Positions 18,821 to 28,787 of a stretch of 64,000 nucleotides of DNA are shown here, piece after piece. Numbering within the stretch: position 1 is the first letter of the stretch; every line of letters starts with the position of its first letter. The position numbers and the translations under genes are program-made. The stretch comes from Candidatus Poribacteria bacterium (GTDB taxonomy: Bacteria; Poribacteria; WGA-4E; PCPOR2b): contig OZ220744.1 of the NCBI GenBank assembly GCA_965116925.1, forward strand, positions 5,312,001-5,376,000, written 5' to 3'. The notes under the pieces were generated by a model. It had not been told where the DNA came from. It searched no databases and saw only the letters and a program-made list of their open reading frames with translations.

Positions 18821-19879
18821 ATGAGGTTCTACCACGGTACAACCTTACGGAGCGCGATTAAAATTGCCGAGATGGGCTTTCTCCCAAGGAAGGGTGCGGT
18901 CTGGTTCACCACGAGTAAGCAATATGCCCAAGGACGTGCCAAGCAAAAAGCGCGTAGAACGGGGAGCTCACCATTTGTGCTTACCTGTGAAATTAATGTC
19001 TCAGAATTGTATAACCGCCTTGGAAAAAATCTAGTTATGCGTGGTGGGGGTGTCGTTGCTATCCGAGGGCGTGTTCCACGGACGGTGATACGTTCACACT
19101 TTACGTTAGAACTACTCAATTCGCCCGAACACATTGCCAGGTGGGTGAACCAGAAGCTCGGACGCAAATCCTATGAAGGTATTAGTCCTCGCCACCCCGG
19201 AATAGATCGGTTGTCGCGTTGGATGGAAAATCGCGCTAACTCTGGCACCGGCAGCACCATCCGTCCAGAAGAATTTGCACAGAAGCTACATCAATGGCTG
19301 CCCGACTTTTTCCAAGGGATTGAAATCACGCCTGAAGATTTGCGTTTCGACTGTTTTCCCGAACCGGCTGAAATTGAGCCAACCCCTCCGTCAGAACCGG
19401 TGGATTCACGGGAAGAAAACGCCTTTGATGACCTCGCTGCCCCAAAACCGCAACGACGCATTCGCGGTCTTAAACGACTGGCACGGCTTGGAAACGAAGA
19501 TCTTTATGATTGGTGCACGCTATTGCTCTCGGACGAGTCATTGGAAGTTCGCATTGCCGCCTTACAAACAATAGCCCATTGCGACGACGGAGATCCAGAC
19601 GTTATACTGCCATTCGCCGAATCTCAAAATAAGCGAATTCGGGCAGCAGCAATTGCCGCGCTTGCCAAGCATTCCGTCGAAGACGCTTACCGCTGGTTTG
19701 AACAGGGCTTGAAAGACCGTGAAGTATGTGTGCGCCTTGAAACAGCAGCCGTGCTTCCAACATTGGATGTAACCCAACACCGGGAGATTTTTGAACTCGC
19801 GCTTTATGACCCCAATCCAGAGATTAAGCGACTAGCACAGAATCTCACGGCAAAGAAAGGTTATGCTAATGCTAGGTAA
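18821..19879 (+). CDS. KptA/Tpt1-like (ART-fold) N-domain + HEAT-repeat protein, copy 2
   Basis: Colinear paralog of 17721-18761; GGAGGA SD. Confidence 0.75.
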   Translation: MRFYHGTTLRSAIKIAEMGFLPRKGAVWFTTSKQYAQGRAKQKARRTGSSPFVLTCEINVSELYNRLGKNLVMRGGGVVAIRGRVPRTVIRSHFTLELLNSPEHIARWVNQKLGRKSYEGISPRHPGIDRLSRWMENRANSGTGSTIRPEEFAQKLHQWLPDFFQGIEITPEDLRFDCFPEPAEIEPTPPSEPVDSREENAFDDLAAPKPQRRIRGLKRLARLGNEDLYDWCTLLLSDESLEVRIAALQTIAHCDDGDPDVILPFAESQNKRIRAAAIAALAKHSVEDAYRWFEQGLKDREVCVRLETAAVLPTLDVTQHREIFELALYDPNPEIKRLAQNLTAKKGYANAR

Positions 19880-19889
19880 CAGCAAAGTC

Positions 19890-19993
19890 GGGAACAACGA
19901 TCGTTGCTCCCTACGAAAGCGAACTCCTTACTTAATCTGCGATTCAAACAATAATCCTATTAATCCTTGAATCCTGTAAATCCTGATTCAGAC
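19890..19993. repeat. GTAG REP-like hairpin (minus strand) followed by AATCCT short tandem repeats
   Basis: GGGAACAACGATCGTTGCTCCCTAC; four AATCCT units with ~8-9 nt period. Confidence 0.55.
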
Positions 19994-20040
19994 ATTCATT
20001 CTACAAGTACCATATCCACCAACAATAAGGAGAACCAAAT

Positions 20041-20793
20041 ATGAAACTCAGACCGAATCGAGTTAAGCACAAATTGGCTGAAGGTAGCACCGCATATATA
20101 GCTGGCGGCATGACTCACCCGGACGACATTGATGCCTTTGGTCCAGCCGGCTTCGACGGCGTTTGGCTGGAGGGTGAACACGGACCCGTGGATGCCGCCG
20201 AACTTGGCAACCTCACCCGCGCCTGTGACATCTGGGGGATGACCTCCGTGGTTCGTATCAACCAGAATGATCAAGGATTAATCTATCGCACCCTCGATCG
20301 AGGCGCGCAAGGCATTGTCGTCCCGCACGTCAACACAAAGGAAGAGGCGCAGAACCTAGTCGATGGCGGTAAGTTCGCACCTATCGGCTACCGGGGCATG
20401 TATACCAGCCGTCAGGGGTTCGCTGTTCCCGATTACGTTCAAGTTGCTAACGATGAGACACTGCTAATTATCCTGATTGAAGACATCGTCGCAGTCAGAA
20501 ACCTTGACGAGATCCTGACTGTAGACCATATTGATGTGTTCTTCGTCGCGCCGTCGGATCTAGCGACCTCAATGGGGCACATCGGCGATCTTCAGCATAC
20601 CGATGTTCAGCGCACAATCGACGACACATTAGCTCGCATCCAAGACGCAGGCCGTATCGCCGGGACCCTCGCCAACAACGACAATGTTGCGAAATACGCT
20701 GCGGCAGGCGTCCGCTTCCTATTTACGAGCGTTGGTGGGTGGATTACTGCTGGTGCTGCCGAGTTTGTCAGCCGCGCTGAAGAAGCAAAATAA
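20041..20793 (+). CDS. HpcH/HpaI aldolase-family protein
   Basis: GFDGVWLEGEHGP; LDRGAQGIVVPHV; FAPIGYRG; LIED; APSDLA.SMG. Confidence 0.9.
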   Translation: MKLRPNRVKHKLAEGSTAYIAGGMTHPDDIDAFGPAGFDGVWLEGEHGPVDAAELGNLTRACDIWGMTSVVRINQNDQGLIYRTLDRGAQGIVVPHVNTKEEAQNLVDGGKFAPIGYRGMYTSRQGFAVPDYVQVANDETLLIILIEDIVAVRNLDEILTVDHIDVFFVAPSDLATSMGHIGDLQHTDVQRTIDDTLARIQDAGRIAGTLANNDNVAKYAAAGVRFLFTSVGGWITAGAAEFVSRAEEAK

Positions 20794-20821
20794 CGCGAAT
20801 ATAGAAACAAGGAGTGAAACA

Positions 20822-21994
20822 ATGAAGATAACTGGAATCACACCATGGCTCGTTAAATCACCAGCGCCTTACCTAGATACCGCCGGCGAAACCCATGGCA
20901 GAGAACGGGAATATGTCTTCGTTGAGGTTTCAACAGACGAGGGGATTACAGGCTGGGGAGAAATTACTGGCACCTCCCCGGTAGCAAATAGAGCGGTGTG
21001 TGCCATGCTTGCACAAACCAGCAGTCTGATCAAAGGCGATGATGCAACGCGTATCGAGAAAATATGGAACAAGGTTTTCCGGGCGTTCACCTACATGGGA
21101 ACACGCGGTGCCACATCAAATATCGTCAGTGCCATTGACATTGCGTTGTGGGATATTCGCGGTAAGCAATTGGGGTTACCAATCTATGAATTGGTCGGTG
21201 GAGGCCCCGTTCGGGACTCGATATCTCTTTACACGCATCCAGGGGGTGGGAAAGATCCAGAGACTGCAGCAGTACACTGCAAAGCGATTGCGGAGACCGG
21301 TCACACCGCGTTGAAGACCGATCCGTTCCCGCACCACCCAGAAGAAGCCAACGGCTATTTGAGCGGGCAGATGGACGCCGCAGGAGAGGAACAGGGCGCG
21401 AATGTGATCGCTGCGATCCGAGAGGCAGTCGGACCTAACATTCAAATTCTCATCGACTGCCACGGTCGGTTCGATGTCGCAACAGCGATTCGGCTCGCCA
21501 AAAGGTTAGAACCATACAATATCGGTTGGTTTGAAGAGCCGGTCCCCGTCGAAAGCTACCACGCACTGAAGCAGGTCAGACAGAACGTCAGTGTGCCAAT
21601 CTGTGTCGGCGAGCGGCTCCAGACCCGCTATGAGTTCGTGCCTGTCCTCGAAAATGAGCTTGCCGATTATATCATGCCAGATGTGACATGGGCGGGTGGC
21701 ATATCAGAGTTGAAAAAGATTGCGACGCAGGCGGAGGCGTACTACGTGCCGATCTCTCCACACGACGCAAGCGGACCCATCAACGTGCTAGCTGGGGCAC
21801 ATACGATGATGACAGTCCCGAACTTTTACAAGTTGGAAACCAGTCGCGCCAAGCTCAACGCGTATGATGTGTTGATAGATCATCCGTTGGATGTCAGAGA
21901 TGGCTGCCTACATCTGTCCAACCGTCCCGGTTTGGGAATTGAGATGAACGTCGATTATCTGCGAAGCAAAGCGATCGCACCGTTCTCTGGTTGA
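20822..21994 (+). CDS. Mandelate racemase/enolase-superfamily acid-sugar dehydratase
   Basis: STDEGITGWGE; SAIDIALWDIRGK; IDCHGR; WFEEP; GER; SPHD. Confidence 0.9.
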   Translation: MKITGITPWLVKSPAPYLDTAGETHGREREYVFVEVSTDEGITGWGEITGTSPVANRAVCAMLAQTSSLIKGDDATRIEKIWNKVFRAFTYMGTRGATSNIVSAIDIALWDIRGKQLGLPIYELVGGGPVRDSISLYTHPGGGKDPETAAVHCKAIAETGHTALKTDPFPHHPEEANGYLSGQMDAAGEEQGANVIAAIREAVGPNIQILIDCHGRFDVATAIRLAKRLEPYNIGWFEEPVPVESYHALKQVRQNVSVPICVGERLQTRYEFVPVLENELADYIMPDVTWAGGISELKKIATQAEAYYVPISPHDASGPINVLAGAHTMMTVPNFYKLETSRAKLNAYDVLIDHPLDVRDGCLHLSNRPGLGIEMNVDYLRSKAIAPFSG

Positions 21995-22056
21995 CCCTTG
22001 ACCCCTTTGTAGGATTCGTTTTCGTTCAGAAATGGCGGTGAACAACCAGCTTCCAA

Positions 22057-22803
22057 CTACATCATGGATTCACCGCCATCAATGTCTATGCTGACACCGC
22101 TAATCCAAGCAGATTCATCCGACGCTAGAAAGACTGCCGCCATTGCAATGTCAGCTGGATGCCCACCGCGAACCAGTTCGGATGGTGGCAGTCCCGCATC
22201 CTCCTCACCACGGGTGTCGCCAATACCACCAGGACAGATACAATTTAACCGAATCCCATCATCACGGTATTGGCGCGCAAGATTACGGGTCAATCCTATA
22301 AGTCCCCATTTCGCTGCCCCATACCCAGCGTTGGCACGTTGCCGGGTTTCACCCGCAGCAGAAACAAAGATTATCGATCCCTGCTTTTGTTCCTGCATTT
22401 TTGGGATCGCCGCCTGCGCGCACATGTAGCCGGTGTGGAGGTTGATATCTACCAAGTACTTCCACGCTTCCTCATCGGTTTCATGCAACCGCAATCCACT
22501 TGCAGCGGCGTCCCCCAAATTGTCGAACAGCACATCAATTTGTCCCCACCGTTCTATGGTGGCATCCACCATCTTGACACCGCCTTGAGTAGTAGTGAGA
22601 TCCGCAGTCACATAATCCGCCTCACCGCCCCTTGCTTCAATGTCTGAGACCATCGCTGCCAACGGCTCCGCTCTGCGCGCTACAAGCATCAGTTTTGCCC
22701 CCTCTGCCGCAAACCACAGGGGTGTAGATCGTCCCATACCTCCGCCTGCACCGGCTATAATAGCAACCTTGCCGGCGAGTCTGCCTTCACTATTCTCGCT
22801 CAT
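22057..22803 (-). CDS. Short-chain dehydrogenase/reductase
   Basis: AGAGGGMG; YGAAK; IRLNCICPG. Confidence 0.92.
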   Translation of the reverse strand: MSENSEGRLAGKVAIIAGAGGGMGRSTPLWFAAEGAKLMLVARRAEPLAAMVSDIEARGGEADYVTADLTTTQGGVKMVDATIERWGQIDVLFDNLGDAAASGLRLHETDEEAWKYLVDINLHTGYMCAQAAIPKMQEQKQGSIIFVSAAGETRQRANAGYGAAKWGLIGLTRNLARQYRDDGIRLNCICPGGIGDTRGEEDAGLPPSELVRGGHPADIAMAAVFLASDESAWISGVSIDIDGGESMM

Positions 22804-22905
22804 GATAACCTCCCTTGTGGATTTTACGTTTGTTTCACCGCTCCCTCGACCCTGCCACCTAGAAACGTATCTTCGCCATTCCTAAACCAAAGGCAACCGC
22901 TGTTT

Positions 22906-23745
22906 TCAAGAGATGCTGTTTGCTACTCCATCAACCCGGTGCCTATACAGGGGTTTCACATCCTCCGGGAACGCCTCGTAAACGTGCCGTGGGACGATTG
23001 CATTGTTACGTCCGCCAAACTCCACGCTCACCCACCACGGTACATAACGCACCACAATCGCTACTCGTGGTTTATCGCTAGGATTGGCAGCATTCGAGTG
23101 CCAGATACGGCTATCTATTAGCACCACACTGCCAGCGGGACCGGAGACCTGCATTTCACCGGGAATAGGCTTAAATTCATCAATCCCGTCCTCTGGTCCT
23201 CGCGGATTACGTGGATCGCGGTGGCTCCCCGGCACCACCCATGTACCACCGCTTTCGGGTCCAAATGGTGAGAGTAACCATATCGTTGTCAGTCCCATCG
23301 TAACGTTGGGAAACGGTTGACGCACAGCACCCGCTCGGTCCCTATCCGACAGGTCGTGGGGCCAATCCGAGTGGTAAGAACGATACATCTTGTTATGGTC
23401 ATTCGGTGGTCGGGTCTTAAACTCAGTTTGGGCAATCCGTATATGCGGGTCAAGCACTGTCCTAATTACTCCAAGTACCCGCTTCTCCGCCAAGTAGGGT
23501 GCCAATGGCTGAATGTAGGCGATGACGTTTTTCCCAGGTCCCCCATCTTTGTCCGTCTGGCGACCGAGTGCCCCACCGGATGCCTCATATTCGGCTGTTG
23601 CCTCCAGATGGGCATCTTCCACATGCTGGCGAATAGCGTCCACTTCGTTTTCAGGGATAACCCCTTCTATCACACACCAACCCACTTCTCTCAACTGTAA
23701 CACATGTTTGTCAATTTGCTTCGTTAACGTATCTGCGTCTGCCAT
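22906..23745 (-). CDS. PhyH-family dioxygenase
   Basis: HSDW; GGTWVVPGSH; GSVVLIDSRIWH..AAN...PR. Confidence 0.88.
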   Translation of the reverse strand: MADADTLTKQIDKHVLQLREVGWCVIEGVIPENEVDAIRQHVEDAHLEATAEYEASGGALGRQTDKDGGPGKNVIAYIQPLAPYLAEKRVLGVIRTVLDPHIRIAQTEFKTRPPNDHNKMYRSYHSDWPHDLSDRDRAGAVRQPFPNVTMGLTTIWLLSPFGPESGGTWVVPGSHRDPRNPRGPEDGIDEFKPIPGEMQVSGPAGSVVLIDSRIWHSNAANPSDKPRVAIVVRYVPWWVSVEFGGRNNAIVPRHVYEAFPEDVKPLYRHRVDGVANSIS

Positions 23746-23781
23746 GATTTTTCCTCAATAGCACAAGTTCGTCAACATCAC

Positions 23782-25419
23782 CTAAAACTGCCTATTCGCC
23801 GTGATAGATTCATCCCAGCGTTGGGCTTCCAAGTACGCCATAACCGCTTGCCGAGCGGCAGACGAATCAATGCGTCTTAGGGCATCCATGGCAAAAGCCC
23901 CTACATGTCCACACGGATCGTCCATTGCATGGAACAAAACCTCCTCGGCACCCACAGCATCCTTCCCTAACCGTGTAAACGCCATCGCCGCGTTAGTCCG
24001 AACCTGATCTTGAATTGTCCATCCACGACGTTCCTCTTCATGCCAGTCCACCCGATTCTCTGTGAGCAAACGGCTAATATGCGGGATAAACGTCGGAGCA
24101 TTCTGATGGATGCTACTCAGCGCGTCCGTCGCTGTGCGAACCACGCGATGTGAATCATCGCTTAAACACGCTGTCAGTTTTGACACAGCACTCGCTGCAT
24201 TAGAATCTAATTCACCCAAGGCAAAGCTGGCATTAATGCGTGTCCATTCGCTCGGAGACTCAAGGGCTTCGGTCAATGCAGGAACAGCCGGCGACCCAAT
24301 GGCAGTTAAGGCGTGCGCTGCGTCCTCCATTGAGATAGCACCTTCGTTCCAAGGTTCGGGAACTGGATGCGCGTCTTCTCGGCACCCGGCGGCTTTCAAC
24401 CTGTCTATCAACGGCTCAATGGCGGGTTCTCCAATCATGCCGAGTGTATAGATTGCAGCCACCCGCGCCGCCTGATGGTCGTTATCCAACATGGCGATCA
24501 GGGCAGGGATAGCTTCGGCGGCGTCGGAACCGAGCCCAGCCAAATTATAAATTGCTTTCAGTCGGTCAGCTAAATCCCGATCCTCTTCCAAAGCAGCGAT
24601 GTATTGATATAAATGGTTGGTTGTCGATTGGACACCATTGCTTCGGAAACTTTCATAGCGGTCACGTTTCCCACACAACCAATCCCACATGTGAGACCAC
24701 ACCAGTTCTAGACTGTGCGGTGTTTCGATAGCAGCCGGATTCTGCCACTGAAGGTTTTGGCAATCCCACGATGGAGCGGTAGGCTCCGATGCCCGAACAT
24801 AAATAAACTTTATCATATCACGCGGTTGATTGAGGAGGTTGACGCCCGCGGCATGACCCACATCAAAATGTGTCAACGACACGGTGCCCGCTTTCCCTTC
24901 CATCGGAATAGCTTGCGCCCGATCCTCATCGGTCAGACGCTTATGGAATTGTGTGCCGGGGATGGCATGGGTGGGTCCCAGCTCAATCGGTGTGTCCTGC
25001 GGATAGTACATAATCCGAGCGAAACGGGAATAGTGCTGTCGGGGTCTGCCCAAGGGGGTATATGAATCTTGGTGGCAGTTCGCAGCCAGCTTGACCTCTG
25101 GTTCTGGATCTGGGTCGGTGACCGGTGCCAAATGGTGACAGTAACGGTGCGGGTGTTCGATATACCCCTCGCCCAACGCACTAATCAATGCGCCGCGCAC
25201 CTCAGGGCTGTTGAGGATGTGGCGCATCTCCGGGACTCGTGGTAGTACGTTGTTCCCCGGATTGATGCCCGCTTCCAAAACGTTCGCAAGTTTCCCGCGG
25301 ATAGTTTCATGTAGGTCATCGGGAACAGATGGCTCTAGCATAACATAGCCATCAACAATGTATTGACGCATCTGCTCATCGGTGAGCAGAATCGGCGCAC
25401 TGTTAAACGAAACGTTCAT
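23782..25419 (-). CDS. PhyH-family dioxygenase fused to C-terminal HEAT repeats
   Basis: LTDEQMRQYIVDGY; HQD; GPTHAIPGTQ; HFDVGH; several AIPALI..L/VR..A..AL repeats. Confidence 0.82.
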   Translation of the reverse strand: MNVSFNSAPILLTDEQMRQYIVDGYVMLEPSVPDDLHETIRGKLANVLEAGINPGNNVLPRVPEMRHILNSPEVRGALISALGEGYIEHPHRYCHHLAPVTDPDPEPEVKLAANCHQDSYTPLGRPRQHYSRFARIMYYPQDTPIELGPTHAIPGTQFHKRLTDEDRAQAIPMEGKAGTVSLTHFDVGHAAGVNLLNQPRDMIKFIYVRASEPTAPSWDCQNLQWQNPAAIETPHSLELVWSHMWDWLCGKRDRYESFRSNGVQSTTNHLYQYIAALEEDRDLADRLKAIYNLAGLGSDAAEAIPALIAMLDNDHQAARVAAIYTLGMIGEPAIEPLIDRLKAAGCREDAHPVPEPWNEGAISMEDAAHALTAIGSPAVPALTEALESPSEWTRINASFALGELDSNAASAVSKLTACLSDDSHRVVRTATDALSSIHQNAPTFIPHISRLLTENRVDWHEEERRGWTIQDQVRTNAAMAFTRLGKDAVGAEEVLFHAMDDPCGHVGAFAMDALRRIDSSAARQAVMAYLEAQRWDESITANRQF

Positions 25420-25509
25420 AAATATTGACTCCTTTCTAACGGTTTTAATCCAAATTCTATATATTGAAAATCCATCAACTTTCTGTTAAAATTAAAGCAC
25501 TCTATCTTT

Positions 25510-25702
25510 CGCTCCAGTGGAGCGATATGTCTATAGAATACCGATATTTCTGATGTCTGCGCTCCAGATGGGTTTTAAGAAATTAAACGGGTAATTCTAT
25601 ATTTCCCCAGACCCGGTAGGTGCGGTTTCCAACCGCACCGGACATCGCTCGGAAATTACCCAATTAATAAATTAATCTTCATGCGGAGCGCAATGTGTAT
25701 AG
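25510..25702. mobile_element. Nested repeat complex: palindromic repeat interrupted by a MITE-like insert that carries a GTAG REP
   Basis: Intact CGCTCCAGTGGAGCGATATGTCTATAG (25510); second copy split by 25568-25682, which has imperfect terminal IRs and a central GTAGGTGCGGTTTCCAACCGCACC. Confidence 0.6.
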
Positions 25703-26042
25703 CAGACCATGCCTAATCCAAGTACCCTAAAGTTTCAGTGGGGCGACAGATGGCAACTTGCGTTATTCTTATAGATCGCAATAAACATAAAATCGATCGA
25801 AGCAGCGAGGGGGCTGAAAGACGGATTCTCTAGTATGAAAACCTTAAATTCAGATCGTGTCAACGTTACCAAGCCGTGTCAAGCAAACTGCCAAATCCCA
25901 GCAGCAAGTATTATCACTCAGTTGGAGGAGGCACGCAATCAAATCAGCACCCACTCCGGTGAGGTTGAAAATAGTGTTGATGTGTTAAGCCGGCTTCGTG
26001 AAGGTAATACAGACAAGAAATAAAGTTATATCCATTTCCTAC

Positions 26043-27284
26043 CTAACTTTGAATCTCAATAACCGGCTGGCGATGCGTTGGGTTGAACGCAACAAAGGTT
26101 GTGTTGCTCTCCGTGAAGAAAGTATTGCCTTTGAACGACGCACGGCTTCCAGCGCGAGTCAGATCTTTTCCGTCTACGGCAACACCTCGCACATTAACGC
26201 CGGTCAAACGGAGGGTGAAATCGGGAACGCACACTGGCAGGTCAAGCCGAATCGTATTGCCTTCCACTACCATTTCAGCCATCTCTCGTGCACAGGCGTA
26301 GTTTGTGATCTCGCTGCATTTGCGCCACTGCGTCCGTTCGCCATTCGGGTCGCGCTCCTTCAAACGGCGGACGACGGTCTTGAAGGCGTTGAAGCCACGA
26401 CGGTCGTCGTTGTGCAAGCCATAAAACCCCTGCCAGTGACTAATGAGCACCGCTGGATCACCAGCGTCAATGACGGCGGGAAGGCGTCCACCCTGCAAGT
26501 CTGCGGAGATATATTTATCAACATTGACCTCGCCGTAGCCAGTCCACGAGCCGGTCCAGTCACCGGTAGAGGCAATAATCTCACCTACCGCTGTACCCGT
26601 CTCCCGATCCGCATACCAAACGGGTGTTTCGACAGGGCCATCGGCGGAGACCCGCTTGAAGAAATAAGGTGTGGGATTCCCTGTCACTTCCCGTGCTGCG
26701 ATACCGACAACCTTCGCATAGAAGTCAAGCGGATTGCCGAACCCACCGGGCGAGGTAACCCCTTCGGGCGTTAATCCAACATTTTCCAAAATCTGGCAGG
26801 CGGTGATAATGTAGTCAATCACCAACTCCTCCTGATCAACGGGTAGATTGTTCCAGTCGTACTGCTCCCAGATCCCCGACTCCAAGGGTTTACAGGTTGT
26901 CGGATTGACGACAACCGTATGTGTAATCATTTCAGGCGTAATGTCGTATGCGGGGGTGATGACCTCTCGGCACATCTGCAACCAACTTTCCTGCTGCGCC
27001 TTGCTAAAGAGCGGCAATCCCTCGTCAATGCGCCCCAAGGCAGCGGGACATGGGACGACACTAAACTTTCCCCGGACACCGTGTTCAAGGCACCACTCGG
27101 CAAATTCACGGACGAATGCCTCCGGATGGACAACGGGCACATCCTGCCACCGACGGTTCTCCCCGTCCACAAGATTCCGATCGCGCATAAAGAAGTAGTT
27201 CAGATTGACCAACACCGTTGAGTCGTCGAAGATGATCGACAGAGGCACGCGGTCAAGGGCATGTCGGGCGATTTCAACTTGCAT
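26043..27284 (-). CDS. Conserved hypothetical protein, possibly polysaccharide deacetylase-like fold
   Basis: 413-aa ORF with AGGAG SD; IIFDD, EMITH, SPGGFG, ISHWQG. Confidence 0.6.
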   Translation of the reverse strand: MQVEIARHALDRVPLSIIFDDSTVLVNLNYFFMRDRNLVDGENRRWQDVPVVHPEAFVREFAEWCLEHGVRGKFSVVPCPAALGRIDEGLPLFSKAQQESWLQMCREVITPAYDITPEMITHTVVVNPTTCKPLESGIWEQYDWNNLPVDQEELVIDYIITACQILENVGLTPEGVTSPGGFGNPLDFYAKVVGIAAREVTGNPTPYFFKRVSADGPVETPVWYADRETGTAVGEIIASTGDWTGSWTGYGEVNVDKYISADLQGGRLPAVIDAGDPAVLISHWQGFYGLHNDDRRGFNAFKTVVRRLKERDPNGERTQWRKCSEITNYACAREMAEMVVEGNTIRLDLPVCVPDFTLRLTGVNVRGVAVDGKDLTRAGSRASFKGNTFFTESNTTFVAFNPTHRQPVIEIQS

Positions 27285-27324
27285 GAATAACTCCTATGAA
27301 CTCTCACGTTTCACGTATCACGTC

Positions 27325-27747
27325 TCAATTCGTTTGAAAGAACTCCACGCTTTCACCATTGGGTCCCCTGAAGAAAGCAATCGTCACTTGTAGTCCTCCA
27401 AGGTCCACGTCGCGTGGTTCGACCGTAATTTCATACCCTGCCTCGCGGACATGTTCCACCGCCCCATGGATGTCAGTTGTCGTCAATGCAAAGTGGTGCA
27501 CCGGGTTGTTCGGCGCGGGATCCCCCGGTTTGGGTCCATCCGCAGTCGGTTGGAAAAGCTCCATGTGACTTCCATCCCCCATATCCAATAAGAGAATCTT
27601 GCGCTCTGGCGGTCCAAATTCCGCGACAATCTCCATACCAAGCACATCGCGATAAAGTCGCAGCGAGTCCTCCCAATCGCGTGTATGCACAGCAATATGG
27701 TGCGCGCCACAGCCTTTGATAACTCCGTTCTTTGTCCCAACAGCCAT
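27325..27747 (-). CDS. VOC/glyoxalase-family protein
   Basis: HHIAV....DSLRLYRDVLG; HHFAL; FFRGPNGESVEF. Confidence 0.9.
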   Translation of the reverse strand: MAVGTKNGVIKGCGAHHIAVHTRDWEDSLRLYRDVLGMEIVAEFGPPERKILLLDMGDGSHMELFQPTADGPKPGDPAPNNPVHHFALTTTDIHGAVEHVREAGYEITVEPRDVDLGGLQVTIAFFRGPNGESVEFFQTN

Positions 27748-27770
27748 AGTAAAATCCTTTCTGTTGTCTG

Positions 27771-28571
27771 CTAATTTTTTGGCGTTTCCTCTCCGGTTTG
27801 GAGGACCTCTCCAACCAGAAATTTTCGCCGATTTCCATTCACATCCCTGAGCAGCAATCCACCATCCCGATCAATCACCTCAGCTCGCCCATGAAAGAGC
27901 TCACCAGCTGTCTTAATCTGGATCCAATCGCCAAGATGGTATGATAACCTGTTTACGATTGCAATAATTGGTTCAGTATCATTATGTTTCAAGCGGAGGT
28001 AGTTTTCTTCAAGCCGGTGTAGAATAGCTTGGAGTAGCACGACGCGGGAGGTCTTTCTATTATTTTCTATCTGCAAGGAGGTGGCAGAAGCGCGAAGTTC
28101 CTCCGGCAGATCCGCCCAAGTCGTATTGACATTGACCCCGAACCCCATGACGAAAAATGGCTGCCGATGTTGATCGTATTCCAACTCCGTCAAGACACCG
28201 CTCACCTTCCTCCCCTGAATTAACACATCGTTGGGCCACTTAATCTGTGCTGAAAGATTCGTCAACTCGTTGATCGCCGTTGCGATGGCGACCGCACCGA
28301 TGAGGTTCGGTAAACCGACCTGATCCGCACGGAGCCGGTGCCGCAGGATGACGGATGCAAGAATGCTCGATCCAGGGGGCGCAAGCCACTTTCTGCCGTG
28401 CCGTCCCCGCCCTTGAGTTTGGTTCTCCGCTAGGATAAGTGTGCCTTCCTCAGCACCGTCAATGCCGCATTGAAGTGCCAAATCGTTTGTTGAACCCACC
28501 CGATCGTAGGTTTGGATCTGTCGTCCAATGGTCTGGTTTCGCAGTCCGGATAGAATGTCATCGGTTGTCAT
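27771..28571 (-). CDS. birA: Biotin--protein ligase without HTH domain
   Basis: STND; AENQTQGRGRHGRKW; IKWPNDVLIQGRKVSGVL; GFGVNV. Confidence 0.93.
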   Translation of the reverse strand: MTTDDILSGLRNQTIGRQIQTYDRVGSTNDLALQCGIDGAEEGTLILAENQTQGRGRHGRKWLAPPGSSILASVILRHRLRADQVGLPNLIGAVAIATAINELTNLSAQIKWPNDVLIQGRKVSGVLTELEYDQHRQPFFVMGFGVNVNTTWADLPEELRASATSLQIENNRKTSRVVLLQAILHRLEENYLRLKHNDTEPIIAIVNRLSYHLGDWIQIKTAGELFHGRAEVIDRDGGLLLRDVNGNRRKFLVGEVLQTGEETPKN

Positions 28572-28582
28572 TATGAGTCACC

Positions 28583-28656
28583 ATAGTATCACGCCTAGCT
28601 GCGAAGTGTCAACGCCTAACTTTCCGCTTGACTTTGTGTCCTCGCTATCCTAAAAT
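28583..28656. promoter_or_regulatory. Back-to-back sigma70 promoters for birA (-) and ackA (+)
   Basis: Minus: TTGACA(28612)-18-TACTAT with extended TG; plus: TTGACT(28628)-17-TAAAAT. Confidence 0.65.
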
Positions 28657-28787
28657 TGACCGAATAGAGATTGAGTAAGCGTAACAGAATCTCACGATAG
28701 TTCAGACGGTCAAGCTGCTCTGAATCTCCCGATCCGATCGGGGCGGTTCGATCACTCACTGTGTACCATACACTACACTTTATGTCT

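Noticed and set aside
19950..19993. CRISPR-like periodicity (AATCCT units; also TCACGT units at ~27304-27325)
   Set aside because: Units are 7-9 nt with no spacers, and there are no cas genes.
25835..26023. 62-aa ORF in the intergenic region
   Set aside because: No SD or recognisable motif; cannot support it as a gene.
27771..28571. BirA as biotin repressor controlling bioA
   Set aside because: It lacks the N-terminal HTH domain. The palindrome before bioA (38676) resembles a REP-like repeat and cannot be supported as an operator.
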